A stretch of 64,000 bases of DNA from Octopus bimaculoides (GCF_001194135.2 NC_069004.1:17228743-17292742); one strand, 5' to 3'; shown: positions 1-12,009, numbered from the stretch's first letter. Numbers and translations: made by a program. Notes: generated from the sequence alone by a model not told the origin.

Positions 1-53
<53 letters not shown>
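1..53. repeat. (TTA)n microsatellite
   Basis: Perfect TTA run at the window start. Confidence 0.98.
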
Positions 54-55
<2 letters not shown>

Positions 56-268
56 GGCAGTGAGCTGGCAGAATTGTTAACAAGCCAGGCAAAATGCTTA
101 GCAGCATTTCATTTTTCTTTACATTCTAAGTTCAAATTCTGCTGAGATTGATTTTGTCTTTCATCTTTTTGAGGTTGATAAAATAAGTACCAGTTAAGCA
201 CTGGGGTTGATGTAATTGACTTACTGCCTCCCTCAAAATTGCTGGCCTTGTGCCAAAATCTAGAACCA
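54..268 (+). mobile_element. tRNA-derived SINE, family A (GGCGGCGAGCTGGCAG head), diverged copy
   Basis: Matches the better preserved copy at 50130-50355: ggcagtgagctggcagaa...gttcaaattc (B-box-like)...aagtaccagtt...ggccttgtgccaaaa. Confidence 0.9.
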
Positions 269-414
269 TTCTTCTTCTTCTTCTTCTTCTTCTTCTTCTT
301 CTTCTTCTTCTTCTTCTTCTTCTTCTTCTTCTTCTTCTTCTTCTTCTTCTTCTTCTTCTTCTTCTTCTTCTTCTTCTTCTTCTTCTTCTTCTTCTTCTTC
401 TTCTTCTTCTTCTT

Positions 415-445
<31 letters not shown>

Positions 446-472
446 TTATTATTATTATTATTATTATTATTA
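269..472. repeat. Compound microsatellite, about (TTC)58 then (TTA)10
   Basis: Read directly. It explains the poly-K/R/F/L ORFs at 109-515. Confidence 0.98.
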
Positions 473-499
473 GGCAGTAAGCTGGCAGAGAAATGACCC

Positions 500-1735
500 A
501 CACAAAGAGAATCAAACAGAAAATTTTAGGCCCACAACTCTGCTTATAGTAGATTTCAAAATTTTGGCCAAGATGTTAGTAAAGAGGTTGGTGCTTGTTG
601 TTGATGGTCTGATTAGTGATGTGCAAATGTTTGCCATCCCAAGCAGATCCATCCAAAATAACCTCCACTTCATGCAATACATAATAAAGAGGCCAGGTAA
701 AGGACCTGACATGGGTTTGGTCCTGATCAATGAAATGCCTTTAATAGGGTTAAATACCAATACTTTGCAACTTGTCAAATTAGTTATATTTGGTCTCGTC
801 TTCTATGGCAGGATTGTCACAAGGTACAGAGACATCTGCTTGGTTGTTTGGGTGAGTGGTTGCCTATCAGAACCAATTGGTATGATGCACTCAGTTTGTC
901 AAGGTTATTCCCTCTTGTTTCTTCTGTATGTATTATTGACTCTAGAACTAGAGTCAGTGCATACAGAAACTGGAGACATTGAGGGGTGTCCTGTGCAAAC
1001 TAGGGCATGGAATAACTGTGTCAGCATATGCAGGTGACATCACCTTGTCATAGTGTCAAACCCCAGGCACGGAGACCTGATTGACACTGCCCTAAATGAA
1101 TGCCAGGCAGTGACAGGAGCAAAAATCAACCAATAAAAGTCAGTGGGCCTGCAGCTTGGCACCCGGAGAGGCAGTCCATGCTGTTCAACAGTGGTGTAGG
1201 ATGCTGTCAGATGTGGGGCAAATTTGGTTATCTGCTCAGTCTATCTTGAAGATCATCCCACCATCTGTCTGGTGGCCTTTAGTAGTGCGGTGGACCAGAT
1301 TGAAAGGGATGAAGGCAAATATATTCCTTTTTAGTCAAACCCTCATCAATTTTCTCAAATTCCACTTGAAAAGGAAATTGAAGGTGGGGTGGGTAATCCT
1401 GTCTTCCAACCTATTTGTGGAAAGATGGGTGAATGTGGCTAGAATCATCTGAGTGAATGGGCCTATACTGAGCATACAACTGTTGATTGAGGGAGGAGGA
1501 TGGGGAGAGGGCACTTGCTCAAGTGGTCTGGGAAACTGTGGTTTTGTGGGGTTTTCACGGGCAGCCTTTAGCAGTTTCTCTCATTTTGAGAAATATTTTC
1601 TTGTTTGAAATTTTAGTTTTTTTGTTTTTGTTATCTTACTGTTTACATACCTTCATGTAATCATATCATGTCATATATTGTATTGTCCTGTTCTGTCTTT
1701 GTATGAACCCTTAGTGATGAATAAAGAAATCATCA
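500..1735 (+). mobile_element. Degenerate Tx1-like (L1 clade) LINE: RT and C-terminal fragments plus 3' UTR
   Basis: Translation NFRPTTLLIVDFKILAKMLVKRLVLVVDGLISDVQMFAIPSRSIQNNLHFMQYII matches the L1/Tx1 RT consensus (RPISLLNTDYKILAK...QT.AIPGRSI.DNL). AVTGAKINQ*KSVGL and LINFLKFHLKRKLKV...RWVNVAR follow, then AATAAA and an (ATC/ATT)n tail. Frameshifted. Confidence 0.85.
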
Positions 1736-1832
1736 ACATCATCATCATCATCATCATTATTATTATTATTATTATTACTAATTAATTAATTTATAGAATT
1801 TTAAACGACCATAAAGTTGATTTTGGTTTAGA

Positions 1833-1856
1833 AATGGATCCCTTGAATTCATTTGA
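1833..1856 (+). CDS. Candidate first coding exon (exon 1797-1856; MDPLNSFE, phase-0 donor)
   Basis: Acceptor ttaatttatAG ends at 1796, ATG at 1833, and there is a consensus donor GAG|GTAAGT at 1856/1857 in non-repeat sequence. No homology support. Confidence 0.45.
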   Translation, partial: NGSLEFI

Positions 1857-2013
1857 GGTAAGTAATTTCTGGTACCTTCGAGGTATATTGTGTATGTGTA
1901 AGAGATAAGGAGAAATTGAATTTATGTATTATATGTGTAACTGTAAACGTGTGTATGTCTCACTGCAAATATTTGTATGTTATTGTGGATATGAGTATGT
2001 AACTGAATGTTCA

Positions 2014-2016
<3 letters not shown>

Positions 2017-2066
<50 letters not shown>
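2017..2066. repeat. (GT)n microsatellite
   Basis: Read directly. Confidence 0.97.
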
Positions 2067-2068
<2 letters not shown>

Positions 2069-2214
2069 CTAGAGATATGTGTCTGTCCTGACGGTCTGTA
2101 TGTGATTGGGAATATGAAGGTGTAGGTGTTGTTGTGCATGTGTGATTATGAATGTGTTTGTGTGATTGAGATTGTGAATATAATTGTAAGTGTAAAAATG
2201 TATGTGCGTTTATA

Positions 2215-2560
2215 ATTTGACAATACTATAAATGCTATCAAAATCAGCCCATAATTTTCTTCTTAACAGCAAAACTTGATAGATTCTAACAAATGGCCTA
2301 CATTTATTTCCATACTTGGCATTTACTTGAGTACCATGCTCTCTCAAAAGTAATATATTATATGGAAGCCTCTGTTGATCAAGGCTCATCATTGAACTGC
2401 AAATGCAAATGTATGTGTAGGGTCTGAACAAGGTCTTATTTGTGGAAGATTGGCAGTTGATCATGCATGCAGGACTCTCTTCTCCCCGTGTTACTGACAT
2501 GGAAAGATGTCCACACCAAAAGGAAGGATGATCGCACCACTGTCATCGTAGGAACAAATA
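2215..2560 (-). mobile_element. Highly decayed RTE-like LINE C-terminal fragment
   Basis: Minus translation FWCGHLS...DQQRLPYNILLLREHGT resembles the RTE C-terminus (RW.GH..RM.D.RLP..LL.GEL.HGTR). Confidence 0.4.
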
Positions 2561-2579
2561 TCTCATGGTATATTATCCA

Positions 2580-2742
2580 AAGGCAGTGAGCTAGCAGAAT
2601 CGTTAGCACACCAGGTGAAATGCTTAGTGGTATTTCATCTGTCCTTACATTCTGAGTTCAAATTCCACTGAGGTGGACTTTGCCTTTCATCCTTTAGAGA
2701 CCAATAAAATAAGTACTAGTTGAGCACTTCAGTCAATGTAAT
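2580..2742 (+). mobile_element. SINE family A copy
   Basis: aaggcagtgagctagcagaatcgttagcac...ctgagttcaaattccactgaggtggactttgcctttcatcc. Confidence 0.88.
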
Positions 2743-3100
2743 TGACTTAACTATGTCAAGCCAACATGGCAGAGAAGGCTCATCAAATTCATATGATCTC
2801 AAGCTCAAATTCACGGCCTCCACATTAGACTATGGTTGGTGGAAAGAACATGTTGGAACCTTCACTTTGCAGTGCACTGAATATAGGCAATCCAATGTAA
2901 TTCCATTCAACACTTTATCAGCTCCATCTTTCCAGTGCTCTAGAATGGTATTTTTCATCAGCTCCCAAAAGAATGAAAGGCAAAGATGACATCAGTGGGA
3001 TTTGAACTCAGAACACAGGAAGTCAGACCAGTTACCACGAAACATTCTATCCAAAATATCTAATGATTCTGTCACTTCATCTCCTTAATATTCACCTTAA

Positions 3101-3308
3101 CCCTTTAGTATTTAAACTAACCATATCCAGATCAAATATTCTACACGTTCTATGTTAAAGCTTACCAGATCCAACCTTATATACCTACACTACTATATCG
3201 TTCTAAAGATAACCAGTCATATCAGCCAAGCGATAATGCATGATTAATTTAAAACAGTGTGAATAAATAAGCATTATATTTGACAGAGTAATGTGAATGC
3301 TAAAAGGG
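3101..3308. mobile_element. piggyBac-type MITE (about 208 bp)
   Basis: TTAA at 3097-3100 and 3309-3312 flank termini CCCTTTAG...CTAAAAGGG. The body is similar to the copies at 5706-6134 and 20515. Confidence 0.85.
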
Positions 3309-3720
3309 TTAAGGTAGAGTTAGATAGAATATCTCAGGGTATTTGTTTCAAATTCTTGAATTTCAGGTTCAAATCCTGCCAAAGTCAGTTTGGTCTTTCA
3401 TCCTTTCAGGATCAATAAAGACAATACTATTCTGGAGCAATGTATTGGTGAAATTGTAAAAATGTCAGACTGAATGCCTTATAGTTCTGATTCTGGCTTT
3501 TGTATTCTAACAGCAATGCTTGCAATGATATTAGTGCCAAGCTGTATGAGCCTTGCCTTTTCCTTGGATGTTGTTAGCAGTAAGAAGAGATAGACTTGCA
3601 TGCATGGCCAACTGTTGGACTGTCACAAAATAAAAGCTTCCTCAAACCTACATTTTAGAAAGGGATTTTTCAGGTGCAGAAACCCCTTGTTCAGCCATGT
3701 CCATAGCAAGCCATCCCCCC

Positions 3721-3769
<49 letters not shown>

Positions 3770-4061
3770 NNNNNNNNNNNNNNNNNNNNNNNNNNNNNNN
3801 NNNNNNNNNNNNNNNNNNNNNNNNNNNNNNNNNNNNNNNNNNNNNNNNNNNNNNNNNNNNNNNNNNNNNNNNNNNNNNNNNNNNNNNNNNNNNNNNNNNN
3901 NNNNNNNNNNNNNNNNNNNNNNNNNNNNNNNNNNNNNNNNNNNNNNNNNNNNNNNNNNNNNNNNNNNNNNNNNNNNNNAAAATAAAAATGATCTACCCCC
4001 AAAAACCCATCTCTACTCATTTTTTCCAGAACTTTCCAAGAACTATCTTTTTATTATTCTG

Positions 4062-4101
<40 letters not shown>

Positions 4102-4234
4102 TATATACTTTATGATATATACAATATATTATATGATATATGCTGTAATATACTATGTAATATATACTATAAAATATTTATGATATAAAATGTACCATAT
4201 TATATACTATATAACGTATTATTATCATCATCAT

Positions 4235-4775
4235 GATGTAACATGTATCTTCCATCCTGGCATGGATTGGACATTTTGACAGAATTCAATGATTCTAGAT
4301 AGGGTGATAAAGAGTGTGAGATGAGAGGGATGGATTTCTAGTTAGAATAGGATGATAATGGAAAGAGTAGCAGAGTAGGCAGTAATTGGAAAGGGATGGA
4401 GGGGAACAGAGAAAGGGTGTAGATTATGGGGTAATGGATTATTGAGAAAGATGGGTATAGAATAGGAAAGTGATTAGGTGGATTATGGAGGGAGGTGTCT
4501 AGGATTATCCAACATAATGAATAGGTGTGAGGGAAAAGGGTCAAGGAAAGGGAGAAATGATCTGGAGCATCAAGGAATTGCGAGAGGGTCATCAAAAGGA
4601 AGAAAGGTAGTGGGGGTTCTGTGTGTAAGTCAGATGAAGAGGAGGAGAGTATTCAGCATTAGAAACCATAGTAAAGCAGACATTGGTGCTTGGTGCAGCC
4701 CTCTGGCTCATTGGTTCCTTTCAAACCTCCAACCCATGCCAGCATGAGAAAAGGGGTATTAAATGATGATGTTAA
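4235..4775. mobile_element. RTE-tail non-autonomous element: minus copy with purine-rich body (about 4235-4650) plus a plus-strand RTE 3' tail (about 4655-4775)
   Basis: ttccatcctggcatggattggac (minus tail), then a G/A-rich tract, then aaacctccaacccatgccagcatg...gatgatg (plus tail). Confidence 0.6.
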
Positions 4776-4849
4776 TGATGAATAGACTTTTTGTCCCTAA
4801 ATTTCAGTAATATATTTTATCCATGTATCTTTTTTTACATGGTTCAAAT

Positions 4850-5060
4850 GTACAAAAAATCTAAAAGATGAGACAGGTAAGGGGACAACAAACAAAGTGT
4901 GTTGGTTTGGTTTGATGCTCAGGAAAAATGGAAAAGTTTTTGATGCTTTGATCTCCTGCTCTTCGACAAAAAGGAATGAGGAAAGAAAACAGAGACAAAA
5001 AAAAACAGAAAGAGTAAAAAAAAGAACATGTCTAGATTAATAGTTTCACATACCTAAATC
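4850..5060 (-). mobile_element. Penelope-like terminal repeat fragment with decayed hammerhead core
   Basis: The minus strand is related to 53720-53890. It reads TTGTCGA-A-GAGC-AGGA-GATC-AAAGC, a decayed CTGANGA-A-GAGC-N4-GCTC-GAAAC. Confidence 0.5.
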
Positions 5061-5149
5061 TCTTTTTATACTCAACTATAAAACTTCTCTCCAGTTTTGA
5101 TCAAGATATTTTATATTAAGTTTCTCATATCATAACAACATCATCATCA

Positions 5150-5545
5150 TCATCATTTAATATCCAGTTTCCTGTGCTTGCATAGGTCAGACAGCGTTTG
5201 TTTAAGTCACATTTTCTTCGGCCAGATGTCTTTCCTGTCGCATACCCTGGTCTGTCTCCAAGCAAGGTAATATTTCCCCATGGCCAGACATGGTCTCAGA
5301 GAATACTGGAAATGAATAGCACAGCTTGTATGACAGTGTCACTCATTTTTAACTATCATATAATGTCAAGAATTCACTCACACACACAACACAATAGGCC
5401 TCATTCAGTTTCTCTCTACCAAATCTACTCACAAGTCTTTGGTCAGCCCAGGGTTATATTTGAAGACACTTGCCTAAAGTGCTACACATTGGAACTGAAC
5501 CCATAACCATGAGATTGGGAAGCAAAATTTTTACCACACATCCCA
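5150..5545 (-). mobile_element. SINE with family-B head and RTE-derived tail (variant F)
   Basis: The minus head (ggttcagttccaatgtgtagcactttaggcaagtgtcttc) is joined to a tail ending ...caagcacaggaaactggatattaaatgatgatg. Confidence 0.8.
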
Positions 5546-5705
5546 CATGAGGCATTTGTAATACTCTAAGCATTTGTAAATTATCATCATTTTTATATCT
5601 ATTTTTCCATTGTGCAATGGTTGGGAAAGGAGATTTTGAGGTATTGCTTTATGTCTAAATATACCTTTTTGCTTTTCATTTAGGGGTACAATGTACTTAC
5701 ATTAC

Positions 5706-6134
5706 CCCTTTAGCATTCAAACTGGCCATACCAGGCCCAAACATTCTGTTTTATATTTAACCCTTTAGCATTCAAACCAGTCGTATTTGGCCTAAATATT
5801 CTACCTGTATTATGCTCAGACTTGAGAGATCTGGTTTCTTACATGTACCATACAATGACAGGCTAAAAATAAACAATGACATTAATAACTTGAAGCTACA
5901 AGATAATGAATGATAGATTTAAAACAATATGAATAAATAAGCGTTACATTTGACAAAGTAATCTGAATTCTAAAGGGTTAAACTGGTCAGATCATGCTTC
6001 GTACACCTACCCTACAATATCATTCTTAATATAAACAATCACATCATCAAAGCTACTAGATAATACATGATTAATTCAAAACAATGTGAATAAATAATCT
6101 CTACATTTGATAGAGTGATCTGAATGCTAAAGGG
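5706..6134. mobile_element. Nested piggyBac-type MITEs: inner copy 5761-5977 inserted at a TTAA inside an outer copy of the same family
   Basis: Inner: TTAA(5757-5760) CCCTTTAG...CTAAAGGG TTAA(5978-5981). Outer: CCCTTTAGCATTC at 5706 to GAATGCTAAAGGG at 6134, followed by TTAA. Confidence 0.85.
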
Positions 6135-6164
6135 TTAAAGGCCAGGATATAGTCTTAATAAAAT

Positions 6165-6520
6165 GTGAAGGAGCATGGCTTAGTGGTTAGAGTGTCAGGC
6201 TCACAATCACGAGGTATTGAGTTTGATTTCTGGACTGGGCTGTGTTGTGTTCTTGAGCAAAAAACTTTATTTCACGTTGCTCCGGTTCACTCATCTGTAG
6301 AAACGAGTTGTGATATCACTGGTGCCAAGCTGTGTCAGCCTCTGCCTTTCCTTTGGATAACATCAGTGGCATGGAGAGAGGGGAGGCTGGTATACATGGG
6401 CAACTGCTGGTCTTCCATAAACAGCCTTGCCCAAACTTGTGCCTTGGAGGGTAACTTTCTGGATGCAATCCCATGGTCATTCATGACTGAGGGGGGTCTT
6501 TACTCTTTACCCTTTTTATG
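6165..6520 (+). mobile_element. tRNA-derived SINE, family C
   Basis: A-box-like tggcttagtggttagag, B-box-like gagtttgatttc, central ttgagcaaaaaactttatttcacgttgctcc, and a short tctttac/ccctttt tail. Confidence 0.8.
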
Positions 6521-6759
6521 ATCCTAATAGATTGTATCTCAGCTTTTAAAATTATTATCTTATATAAAAATGAATGTATATGTTTCAAGTTGTAGGCCAT
6601 TGTTTGGCTCTTAAGTGACTGGAATTTAGCACAGAAGCATATCTTTCCATGTGGCATCTACTGAATTTTGTTCTTTTGAACATCTGATAGAAAAACTAAA
6701 ACCATTGTATATACTTGTCCCAAGCACTACACCAGGGAGTGAGAAAAATTAATCTTTTA

Positions 6760-6989
6760 TTTTTTATCTTTTACTTGTTTCAATCATTTGACTGTGACCA
6801 TGCTGGGGCACCACCTTGAAGGGTTTTAGTTGAACAAATTGACCTCAGGACTTATTTTTTTTAAAGTCTAGCACTTATTCTATCAGTCTCTTTTGTTGAA
6901 CTGCTAAGTTATGGGTATGTAAACACACCAACATTAGTTGTCAAGCGGTGGTGGGGGACAAACACAGACACAAAGACACACACACACAC

Positions 6990-7049
<60 letters not shown>

Positions 7050-7212
7050 ACATGCTTCTTTCAGTTTCCATTTACCAAATCCATTCACAAGGCTTTGTTC
7101 ACCCCAAGGCTATAGTAGAAGACACTTGCCCAGGGTATCATGAAGTGGGACTGAACCTGAAACCATGAGGTTGGAAAGCAAGCTTTTTATCACACAACCA
7201 CACCTGCTCCTA
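6760..7212 (-). mobile_element. SINE family B (head, (TA)n/(GT)n spacer, tail ending TAAAAGA repeats)
   Basis: Same modules as the young copies at 30022-30445 and 43988-44402. Confidence 0.9.
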
Positions 7213-7789
7213 TAATGATTATAAAAATAATTAATTTCCCGTAATTATGTAAATTAGTTCAGTATTTCGAAAAAAATATTTTCCCTCAATATAAAAAAAT
7301 ATAGAAGTAAAATTTTATTTTTATTTTCTATATTTTGTTTATTATTTTTTTTTTGCATATTCTTATGAATCCACTTGAACCATCTTCTGGATACCTTGGA
7401 TACAAGAATTCTGAGGGAATCAACATTCCCAGATCAACTGAAGATTGTCAACATCTTTTTTAAATAATTTATTCAAAATATAGTGAAATCATGTTATAGT
7501 ATTTATTTTGGGAATTAATATGCATGTGCAAGGCCTGGTACTACTGCCATTTTGTCTTGGGTAAAATCCCAAACCTTAGAATGGTTAATGACAGTCTGTA
7601 TTGACAGCATTTAATCCGTAAGAGAGTTGATAAAAGAACTTTGCAAGGTAGAGAAAGAATTTGATAAATTCAGCTGCTGTGGAAATTGGAGAATGTCACA
7701 GGTTTCAGACTTTTGCACTTCAAATGAGAGAGGTGGGGGCGGAGTGAATATAATTGTGCTGTATATATATTGTTCTAGCATTTTTGTCA

Positions 7790-8190
7790 TTGTTGTTATT
7801 TAGATCCAAGTCAAGGCTGATTGAGCAGCTTTATGATCAAAAACACTATTTTTTTAATTTTTGGGAGCTGTTTTTGCTATGTTCAGGGAACACAGGGCCA
7901 CAGTATTTATCAGGTTCACTTTTTAAGATGGCAGAGTGTGGGTTTAGGGAGATTTAGATGCTATTTCTAGCAGTTTGAACAACTGTATAAAGGTTTCCTC
8001 ATTGGTTCATTATTGTTGTTATAGTTGTTTAGATCCAGATCAGCTCTAATTATATAAATTAATGCTCAAAAGTATTCTGTCCATTATTATTTTCCTCTCA
8101 GAGAATAGTGTATCAAAGACTACTTTACCATTCTCTTTTCTGAAGACAGTACAGTTCAATTTATGAGATGTCTTACTGTTATTTCTTGCA
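7790..8190. repeat. Dispersed unclassified repeat family (GCTATTTCTAGCAG / CTGCTAGAAATAGC motif); further copies near 12660, 21985, 24140, 26030, 31150, 34470, 39415 and 39640
   Basis: The motif gagatttagatgctatttctagcag recurs in both orientations across the window. Confidence 0.7.
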
Positions 8191-8639
8191 AGTTGACCCT
8201 TATTTGTTTAGGGTGCACCACTAGGACCTTACTCTGAGTATGCAAATCTAAACTTTACCAGGCAGTTTTATTTAGGACATTAATCTAAAACCTTACTCTG
8301 TGATTTATTAAAGACACTGAAGTTATTATGTAGTTTTATTTATGGCACTGTTTTAGGTCTTTACTGGCCATATCTGTTTGGGACATTATTCCATGTAGCA
8401 TCTTTATTTTGAACACTATTCTGGGATGCTACCCAACAGTTTTTATTTAGACACTTATAAATCTACTGTTGCTGTTTTGCTTGACCATTAATTTCATCAA
8501 TGATGTGTAAATAAGTGATGGGCAGGTTCACTGTCTGAGTTCAGGAGTATATGAATAGCTCATTGAGTTTAGATTTGGGGAACATTAACTCAATTCTGTT
8601 TTGATGCAAAGCTGGCCAATGAGCATACATGTAAGCCTG

Positions 8640-8940
8640 TGGTTCCTCTCTCTAAGTACCATCAGATCATTGTTTCTAGATACTGTGAGGTCTCTTTTCT
8701 TCAATACCCTAAAGTCACTCTCTCAAAGTAACTGTGACGTCACTCTCTCTCTCTCTCTAAGTGGCTGCAGCATTCTCCCTCTTGGTACCATAAGTCTAGG
8801 TACTGTGAAATCACTCTCTCTAAGTACCTATAGTGACACTGTCCCTCTAGTTACCATTATGTTAGATTATCTAAATACCAATGGATATTGCCTTGAGCTA
8901 CTGTGAAGTCATTGTCACTCTACTTAATGTGACATCACCA
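8640..8940. repeat. Degenerate minisatellite (about 25-bp unit, ctctctaagtactgtgaagtcact-like)
   Basis: Repeated tcactctctc, aagtacc and actgtga motifs. Confidence 0.55.
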
Positions 8941-9204
8941 CAAAGTGCCTTTAATCATCACCATAAAATCATTTTTTTTAAGTTACCAGTGGGGAGCTGA
9001 GCTGATTAGATCAGTGTATCATGATATTTTAATGAATCACATTATATGAGTGTATCTCCAAATTGACCAAGTTCAGAATATTATATTTATCTTTTTCACA
9101 TTTGTAGAAAAAATTTAAACATTGAACTTTTATTTTGACTGCACAGACTTATTCTCACACACAATCTCAAAGATGCTGTGTTTAGTTGAAATACATGCAT
9201 GCAT

Positions 9205-9239
<35 letters not shown>

Positions 9240-9240
<1 letters not shown>

Positions 9241-9500
9241 TCATCATTATCATCATCATCATTTGATGTCTGTTCTATGCTGGTGTAGGTTGGACATTTT
9301 GACATGATTTGATGGGTTCAAGGACTGCATCATGTCTCAGGATCTGCTTTGGTGTGGTTTCTACAACTGGATCCCTTCCTAATGCCAACCACTTTATAGT
9401 ATTTTTTATGTGCTTTTGTTGTCCCATTGACACTTGTGAGGATGTCGTGCAGCTTGCAAGTCTACAAAACCCAAAGAGATGGGAATTTTCATCCTTATGC
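9240..9500 (-). mobile_element. RTE-type 3' tail fragment
   Basis: (ATC)n followed by tttgatgtctgttctatgctggtgtaggttggac...cttcctaatgccaaccact. Confidence 0.75.
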
Positions 9501-10239
9501 ACCCATTTAATCAGGAAGAAAAGGTAGTGAATATGGTCCACTACAGGGCTCTCAGGACTAGTGGGCGTGGAGAAAGAGGTATTCTCAAACCAGAGATTTA
9601 GATACTTGCAACTGTGGACTCTGGTAAAGACACCCAAGGATCAGTTAGTTGTGTTGAACCAAGCAATAGATTAAGTCTACAAGCCATAAGTGATAACAGG
9701 ATTCCATTGTTGGTCTTATTCAAGAAGGTCAGCAAATGCTGGGGGAAGAAGAATTTTCTGAGTCTAAAGAGATTTTGGGTTACTTTTTTGCCATTTTATC
9801 AGTTACAAGTTCTTCAGAAGAGATGAAAGTCCCATTGACTGAAATATTCAAAAGTGAGCTGATAATGGATGAAACCAGTTTTTTCAAAATTCCTATTTTG
9901 TTTTCTTCACATATCAACTTGTGTAGGTTGAACTGTGTAAAATGTTAGAGAAAGAAACCTGGCTGTTTCTTGTAATACATTGAAAGCAAAATTTTTTCAG
10001 GGGCCCTTAATATACTAGTGTGGATCCTCAATTTACTATTTTGTTGCATGGATCCCCAAACATCTTATATGGACCCGGGTTGAGAATCACTGAGCTAGAT
10101 GATCTCTTGCATACAAATCTTTTAGCTAGAGCATTTCATTATTTCATAGTATCTTATATATATTTTTTTAATTTGGTAGATTTTTTTTTTTTGTAATGTT
10201 TTGTCTTCATTATATTTTTTTCTTTTGTTGTCATAACAG

Positions 10240-10329
10240 ATAGATGAGGAACAAGATGTAAAACCTATCCAAGAACCGTCGATAGAAATCAAGTTTAATT
10301 CATATGATCTACCTTCTGAACCAGAACGG
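10240..10329 (+). CDS. Candidate internal exon IDEEQDVKPIQEPSIEIKFNSYDLPSEPER (donor uncertain; reads on to TAA at 10360-10362)
   Basis: Long poly-T tract then cataacAG ending at 10239. The phase-0 frame is compatible with the exon at 1833-1856, and the sequence is acidic and protein-like. The donor CGG|GTGTTT is weak. Confidence 0.45.
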
Positions 10330-10655
10330 GTGTTTGAAGAAGTTTACTATTTTGCTAAATAATATCATTATAATTATTATGTTTAATGAAGACAACTCCA
10401 CCTTACACTCGTACACACAAAAAGAGAATAATAATAAAGTATTTTAATTTTTCATTGGTTCATTATTATAATTTTTTTACCTTTTTTTTTTTTTGATTAA
10501 GAAACTGAACTACCATACTTTAAGGTGCTGGAAATTTTTCTCCATTTAGTTCTAAAATCTCTAAATGAGATATAAGTAGTAACAATACTAGACAGTAACG
10601 TTTTCTTCCACTATACCATGGCTGTTCTATATAGAACTATGTTACTACATTTTAA

Positions 10656-10704
10656 CCCTATGAAAATGTCTTTTCCAGCTGGTTAATGACACATTTTCCT
10701 AGGG
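10656..10704. mobile_element. 49-bp piggyBac-type mini-MITE
   Basis: TTAA(10652-10655) CCCTATGAAAATGTC ... ACATTTTCCTAGGG TTAA(10705-10708); terminal inverted repeat 13/15 identical. Confidence 0.65.
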
Positions 10705-10804
10705 TTAAAATGCAGTACCATTTGTTAGGTAACAATCCAATTATATAACTCTACATTCGTCAAAGTTAGCCAATATGTAAGGGAATATGGCGACTGCTCT
10801 CTAA

Positions 10805-11075
10805 TTTAATGTCTGATTTCCATGCTGCCATGGGTTGGACGGTTCGACTGAGAACTTATAATCCGGGAGGCTGCCCCAGGCTGATTTGGCAAGGTTTCTA
10901 CAGCTGGATGCCCTTCTTAATGTCAACCACTCCGAGAGTGAAGTGAGTGCTTTTACGTGCTGCTGGCACAGGAGCCAGTCAGGTGGTACTGGCATCAGCC
11001 ATGCTCAAATAGTGCTTTTTATGTGCCACCAGCACAGGTGCTAGTCAGGTAGCACTGGCATCGGTCACATTCGAA
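10805..11075 (-). mobile_element. RTE-type 3' tail / SINE tail
   Basis: tttccatgctgccatgggttggacggttcgactg...ctacagctggatgcccttcttaatgtcaaccactccgagagtg. Confidence 0.8.
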
Positions 11076-11885
11076 TGGTGCCAAGAAGGCAAGTCAAATT
11101 CTGTGATAGCAACTACTGTAGGCAGGTCTACGAATTGTAGCTCGTTTTAAGTCATCATGATCAACAGATGCTAAACCCAAAACTGGTAGACCTCATAAAA
11201 CTTCACCGAGACAGGATCCTATTATGGTTAGAATGTCACTAAAAGATAGGTTTTAGAGATATCCTGCGAATTTAGCTCCACTTCCAATGTCAATGTATTG
11301 CGCAAAACAGTTTCTCGGAAGTTATGAGGTTCTGGGTTGCTTGCTTGGGCACCGGCAAAGAAACCTCTGATCTCCAAGAAGAATCAAAGAGCCCGTCTTT
11401 GTTTTGCTCAAGATCATGTCATTTGGACAGAAGAACAGTGGTTGCAAGTTCATTTTAGCGATGAATCGAAGTTTAATGTGACTGGTTCCAATGGTGGGAT
11501 GTATGTCCGATGAAGAAGTGGTGAAAGGTTATCTTGTGCATGTGTGAAGGAGACAGTGAAATATGGAGGAGGCAGTGTAATGGTATGGGGGGGGGGTGAT
11601 CTCTGCTGTTGGACCTGATCCACTTATTCGCCTACAAAGGACTGTCAATGCTGAAATCTACAAGCAGATTCTTAGCATGCCCTTCTACATCTCCGATCTA
11701 CGTCAGTTCAACCTCCTATCTTCATACAGGACAATACTCCCTGTCACACTGCAAGGAGATTCAAAGATTTTTTGAGTGATGAAGGGGTTGATTTCATGGA
11801 CTGGCCGCCTCAAAGTCCTGATCTCAACCCTATAGAAAATGTTTGGAAGATTATTGGAGATGGGGCATGAAGGAGAAATCTGTAA
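11075..11885 (+). pseudogene. Tc1-family DD34E transposase pseudogene
   Basis: Fragments PKTGRPHKTSPRQD, AKKPLISKKNQRARL, HFSDESKFN, VKYGGGSVMVWG, QDNTPCH and DWPPQSPDLNPIENVW; multiple stops and frameshifts. Confidence 0.93.
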
Positions 11886-12009
11886 CAAGTAGAGGCATTG
11901 CCACTATAACACGGTTTGCCACTGTTACATTTAGATGGCGTAACGAAAGAGCCTTTCATAAACTTCACAAATAATTTGATGCAATTACATTACTGAACTA
12001 CGACTACTA

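Noticed and set aside
109-515. ORFs with poly-K/R/F/L runs
   Set aside because: They are translations of the (TTC)n/(TTA)n microsatellites.
7369-7464. Short ORF MNPLEPSSGYLGYKNSEG...
   Set aside because: About 32 codons, with no splice signals or recognisable similarity.
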